DNA of 64,000 nucleotides from positions 42,718,001 to 42,782,000 of the forward strand of contig OX597826.1 in NCBI GenBank assembly GCA_951406725.2. The letters run 5' to 3'. This stretch comes from Octopus vulgaris (Eukaryota). Below the pieces are notes generated by a model. It was not told where the DNA came from and searched no databases. It worked only from the letters and a program-made list of their open reading frames with translations. Positions 62,551 to 64,000 of the stretch are shown in pieces (the stretch's first letter is position 1; every line of letters starts with the position of its first letter). The translations under genes and the position numbers were made by a program.

Positions 62551-64000
62551 TTAGTGTCGTGTAGTGTAATATAATTTTGTGGTGCATTGTTGTTATTTTG
62601 TTGTTGTTGTTGCCCTCCCCATCTTCCCCGATTGAGCTAATCTATGATTATAGGAGGACTCTGCTGGGATCCAGTGTCTACTGATGCATAGTTTCTATAG
62701 CAGGATGCTCTTTCTAATGTTAGCCACCTCACAGGGTGAAGTACTAGGTGCTTTTTTTAATGGCGCTGACACTAGTGAGGTCACCAAGTGCTCACAAGAC
62801 AAGACCCCCACCACCACCACCACCTCAACTGAGTAGGAGAGCTGTACTGAAGGATGTGAAAGTATGATAGAGGGACAGATGTGTTGTCGATTGAAGTATA
62901 GTTGTATAGGGTTTTTTTTAAATGAAGTATACTGTAATGTGTTTTGAAAGTTTTGTGCAGCAGTGTTTAATGTATATTGTATTGTGACATCTAATGGAGT
63001 ATTGCTTTGTGTTGTGCAGTGTTGTAGTATGAAGTACAGTATTTTGTAGCACCATATAATGTTGTGTGGTGTATTGTATAGCAAAGAGATGTGTTGCTTA
63101 ATGGAATTTGATATTGAGTGGTGAAGTCGAGTGTTGTGTAGTTAAATATGATGTTATGAAGCAGAGTGTTGTGTAGTTAAATATTATGTTACATAGTATT
63201 GTATACTCACAAGGATATGCCTCAGTTATCACTCAAAGATTTTGCTTCTTATGATATTTTTCAGTAATTGTTTTTATTATTTACTGATCAAATGTTATTA
63301 AATTTTTACCCTAAATATATTTCCAAACACAAAGCAATATCATTAGGTGTGTTAATAATAATTTGAAGGTATTTGGGGGCTTCAAACAAAACCTATTTAT
63401 TTTCTCATATGTTCTATTATTCAGCCAGCACAGTGCTTTTTGAAACCAAACACCCATGATAAATGAAGATAGATGTATAGCATTGGGTAGTAAATAATAC
63501 TGTGTAATGAAATATTGTATACTTTAATCCTATGCCTATCATATATAACACATGTGATACACAAGCCATATTTCTCTGGAATCCATGCAATATATATGGT
63601 ACACATTCTCAATTATTTTCACACACTAAAAAACTTGGGACTTAGGAAAGGAAAGCTTTGTTATTCAGAATGTATGAAACAATGACTTATTAAAGGTCTA
63701 ATAGCAATGCTTAGAATAAAAAAGCCTGATTATCTTAGTAATGAGAAATAGGCCATGGCAAATCAGGTAACTTGCCCTGAATTCTGGTCATTCATATTTC
63801 AGGTACATCTTGCGATTGTATGATTTGAATGGGAGTTTCCACCATATGGTCATAACTGTAGAGGAATTGGACAATGAGTGCAGAGGTTCCTGAGAAAGCA
63901 GAGGCTGAAGGGATAGATAGATGAATACAGAGGATTCTTGGCTGCTGCTCAACCCAAAGTTTATAAAAGAATCACATTGTCTACAACAAACACAGAACTT

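Overview
AT-rich, repeat-saturated animal genomic DNA. The SINE, RTE-LINE and microsatellite complement is typical of Octopus or another coleoid cephalopod (inference from repeat families). Most of the window is transposon material: many tRNA-derived SINEs, one near-full-length RTE LINE (1040-aa APE-endonuclease/RT ORF with an embedded PHD-type C4HC3 finger) plus many truncated copies, fossil Tc1, mariner, maT-like and hAT transposases, non-autonomous Helitrons, MITEs and short Penelope-like (PLE) fragments. Two non-TE orphan ORFs are present: a minus-strand 317-aa exon with phase-compatible downstream exon candidates, and a plus-strand 195-aa ORF. The most interesting signal is a set of minimal type I hammerhead-ribozyme (HHR) folds in short PLE-like insertions. 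Four have the canonical CUGAUGA core. Two further TSD-flanked palindromic elements each carry an inverted pair of HHR-like folds in which the tertiary C3-G8 pair is swapped to G3-C8 (GUGAACA) or U3-A8 (UUGAAAA); standard motif searches would miss these. All calls were made by eye, with no database searches or folding computations.
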